DNA of 53,184 nucleotides, filler included, from Basidiobolus ranarum (Eukaryota): NCBI GenBank assembly GCA_040143965.1. It is 2 parts of 2 records of this genome, joined end to end, with 100 filler letters (N's around TTAATTAATTAA, not from the genome) between each part and the next. Parts side by side here need not be neighbours in the genome. Positions count along the whole stretch, not along the records: positions 26,758 to 53,184 come from JASJQH010000131.1; 1 more part is not named here. One strand, 5' to 3'. Shown piece by piece: positions 50,898 to 53,184 of this stretch (position 1 is its first letter; each line of letters starts with the position of its first letter). The notes under the pieces were generated by a model. It saw only the letters and a program-made list of their open reading frames with translations, ran no database searches and was not told where the DNA came from. The position numbers and the translations under genes were made by a program.

Positions 50898-53184
50898 ATG
50901 ATTCGACCTTTAGAAAAAGAAGCGATAAGAAAAATCAGTTCTGGACAAGTTATCGTCACTATTGACAGCGTTATAAAAGAGCTTTGTGAGTATGTATTAG
51001 TTCTCAAGAACGTACTTAATGGTTTATCCATTGCATAGAGTTGGGCCTAATATAGCCATTGATAGAAACGCTTTAGATGCGAATGCTAGTTCAATCACTG
51101 TTCGTCTTATTGATGGAGGACTTACTTCAATTTCTGTATTTCTTTTTGCTTTTACTTTTGACTATATTGCCCAAAGTTAAACAAACAGTATATATACGAC
51201 TTACCAGGTAAAGGATAACGGTATGGGGATACCTCTTTCCGATCGCCTAAATATGACCAAACGCTATTACACCTCCAAGATCCAAAAGTTGGAAGATTTG
51301 GATTCCATCACATCTTATGGCTTTCGAGGTTTATTTCTATTTTCTACCATTAAAAATACTTTGATATTTCAACCGAATATCTCTACAGGTGAAGCACTGA
51401 ATTCCATATGTACTGCATGCCCACTTGTACAAATCACAACCAAAACAATCAAGGACTCCACTTCAATTGTTTACGATATCGATAACACTGGCACAATCAC
51501 AAGGTTTACTTTTAGTATATATGCACTATTCTATGTTTATTTAGCCACCATTTCATCTAGTTCAAAGTCTGTGGGAGGTGAAACAGGAACTACCATCAAC
51601 GTGTTCAAAATTTTCCAGCATTTCCCTGTAAGAAGACAAGTGTGTAGGAAGTTAAATTTGCTAGAGTGAATTACCTGTTAATTGATTATATTCTCGAATA
51701 ATGCAAAGGTTGCTCAGAAAACTGTAAACAACACAATCAAACGTATCATGGATTGTCTCATATCTTTTGCTTTGATTCATCCCAAAATCCGGTTATCATT
51801 TACAAATAAGGAGATGAAGAAATCCAAGATACGAGGAGCAAATACCAAAGAATGGATTAAGATTGGAACCAAAAATATCTTGGATTCAATCAGAGCAGTA
51901 TTTGGGAAAGAACTCACTTCCCAACTTCAGTATAGAACTTACCAAAACTCGGATATAAATGATAGTTCGTCTAATATCTTTTTAGAAGTGGTTTTACCCA
52001 GACGAAATTCAGGCAAGTTATTTATCTTACTTCTATGGACATTAATTAATTCATTAGTTCTCAATAGATCCGGCTGTTGTATGTAAAGGAGAGAGATCGT
52101 TTTTCTATATTAATAAAAGGCCTGTATCAGTGAATAGAGGGGAAATTAAGCAAATACTTGGGAAGATTCGCGCTAAATACAATAATGATATCGCACACGG
52201 ACAGGAAGACGCCTCCACTGGTTGATAACTTTTACTGACTATTAGTTTTCTAACACGCCCAATACTAATATTAATCACTAGGATCAAAGAAAACTCCGTT
52301 TATACTATTTCATATAAGATTACCATTAGGAAGCTTTGATGGTAATGGATTTGATCTTTTCTACATGTGATTTAATATTCATATTTGTCCAATAGTCAAC
52401 ATCGAGCCTAGTAAAAACGTTCTACTCTTACATAGCCCTCAAACAATATTTCAGATCATTGATAAGTTTCTAGAAGAGCTTTATCCTGAAACTCATCCAA
52501 CGATGACGCCAGAGAGTAATAAACCAGCGACAATTCAATCTTTACCAAGGTACAACACACCTCAAATCCACCCCTCACTTTAATTATCCAATAGTCCAGG
52601 GTTTTTTACTAAACATTGGATTCTAGTGTACAGCCAGATTCAGTAAAACCATCGAATACCGAGGAACTACCAAAGCAGGATCTACATAACAATGAGAGTG
52701 AAAATAAGCAAAGTAAAACCTGTGACAAAAAAACGTTGATCAATGAACATAGTACAACATCATCTGTCAACAGTTCAAGCACCGTGGAGTTCAACAAGTC
52801 CGCCTATCCAAACAATGAAACTTTTTCAATGGCAAATCATAAAACAAATTACAAATCAGAAATTATAAATAGTAACAGTTGTACCACTGTAAACGATAAA
52901 TCAGGCACCCTGCCCAACAACTCATTTACCGGTACAAGTAGGAGTAAAGGATGCATGGATGATTTCAAAGACCCTGTGCTTGTTAGTAATTCAAAGCAGA
53001 ATCAATACACTAATGGAAAGGAATTAGCTAGAGTTCCACAGATTCACGAAAATCACACAACCACAAAATCGAAAGCACCTTGTCTTGAAAAACCAGATGG
53101 AGGTCATATTGTACCAAATGCACAGCCCAATATTTCAGTGTGTCATAATTCTGATACTCCATCTAACCCGTTGAAAGACAAACC
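50898..53184 (+). CDS. MutL-family mismatch repair protein, closest in motif to animal PMS1 (MutL-beta type); runs off the window
   Basis: SSGQVI...VIKEL|LENALDA, VKDNGMGI, RYYTSKI...TSYGFRG|EALNSI, GTTINV, FYINKRPV, D|VNIEPSK; many short introns including a GC-AG. Confidence 0.92.

Overview
Eukaryotic, AT-rich fungal DNA with short (mostly 55-70 nt) spliceosomal introns. The gene set (HAUS4-like augmin subunit, TRIC/TMEM38, Hv1, CCDC97, animal-type PMS1) suggests an early-diverging fungus (Zoopagomycota/Mucoromycota; inference only). An artificial 100-nt spacer (N44-TTAATTAATTAA-N44, 26658-26757) splits the window into two contigs that need not be adjacent. The left contig has the 3' end of a Ty1/copia retrotransposon, then a dense run of mostly housekeeping genes: NAA10, HAUS4-like, GYP7, TRIC, calcineurin A, a multipass membrane protein, a small HMG-box protein, CCDC97, two unknowns, a putative HARE-HTH + SET protein, SNU13, Hv1 and a trihelix TF. 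The right contig looks accessory or subtelomere-like: telomere-type motifs, relics of two bacterial-type enzymes (nucleoside/guanine deaminase; SdsA1/BDS1 alkyl sulfatase), a WG-repeat protein with a nested 17-aa/50-aa repeat, small secreted proteins, GDSL esterase, alpha/beta hydrolase, GH31 glucosidase, a Ppn2-like phosphoesterase, a tectonin-propeller + class 3 lipase + PLAT fusion, and the 5' part of a MutL/PMS1 gene. The best candidates for undescribed biology are the tectonin-lipase-PLAT fusion, the HARE-HTH-SET protein and the WG-repeat protein. All family calls come from motif recognition by eye; no searches were run.
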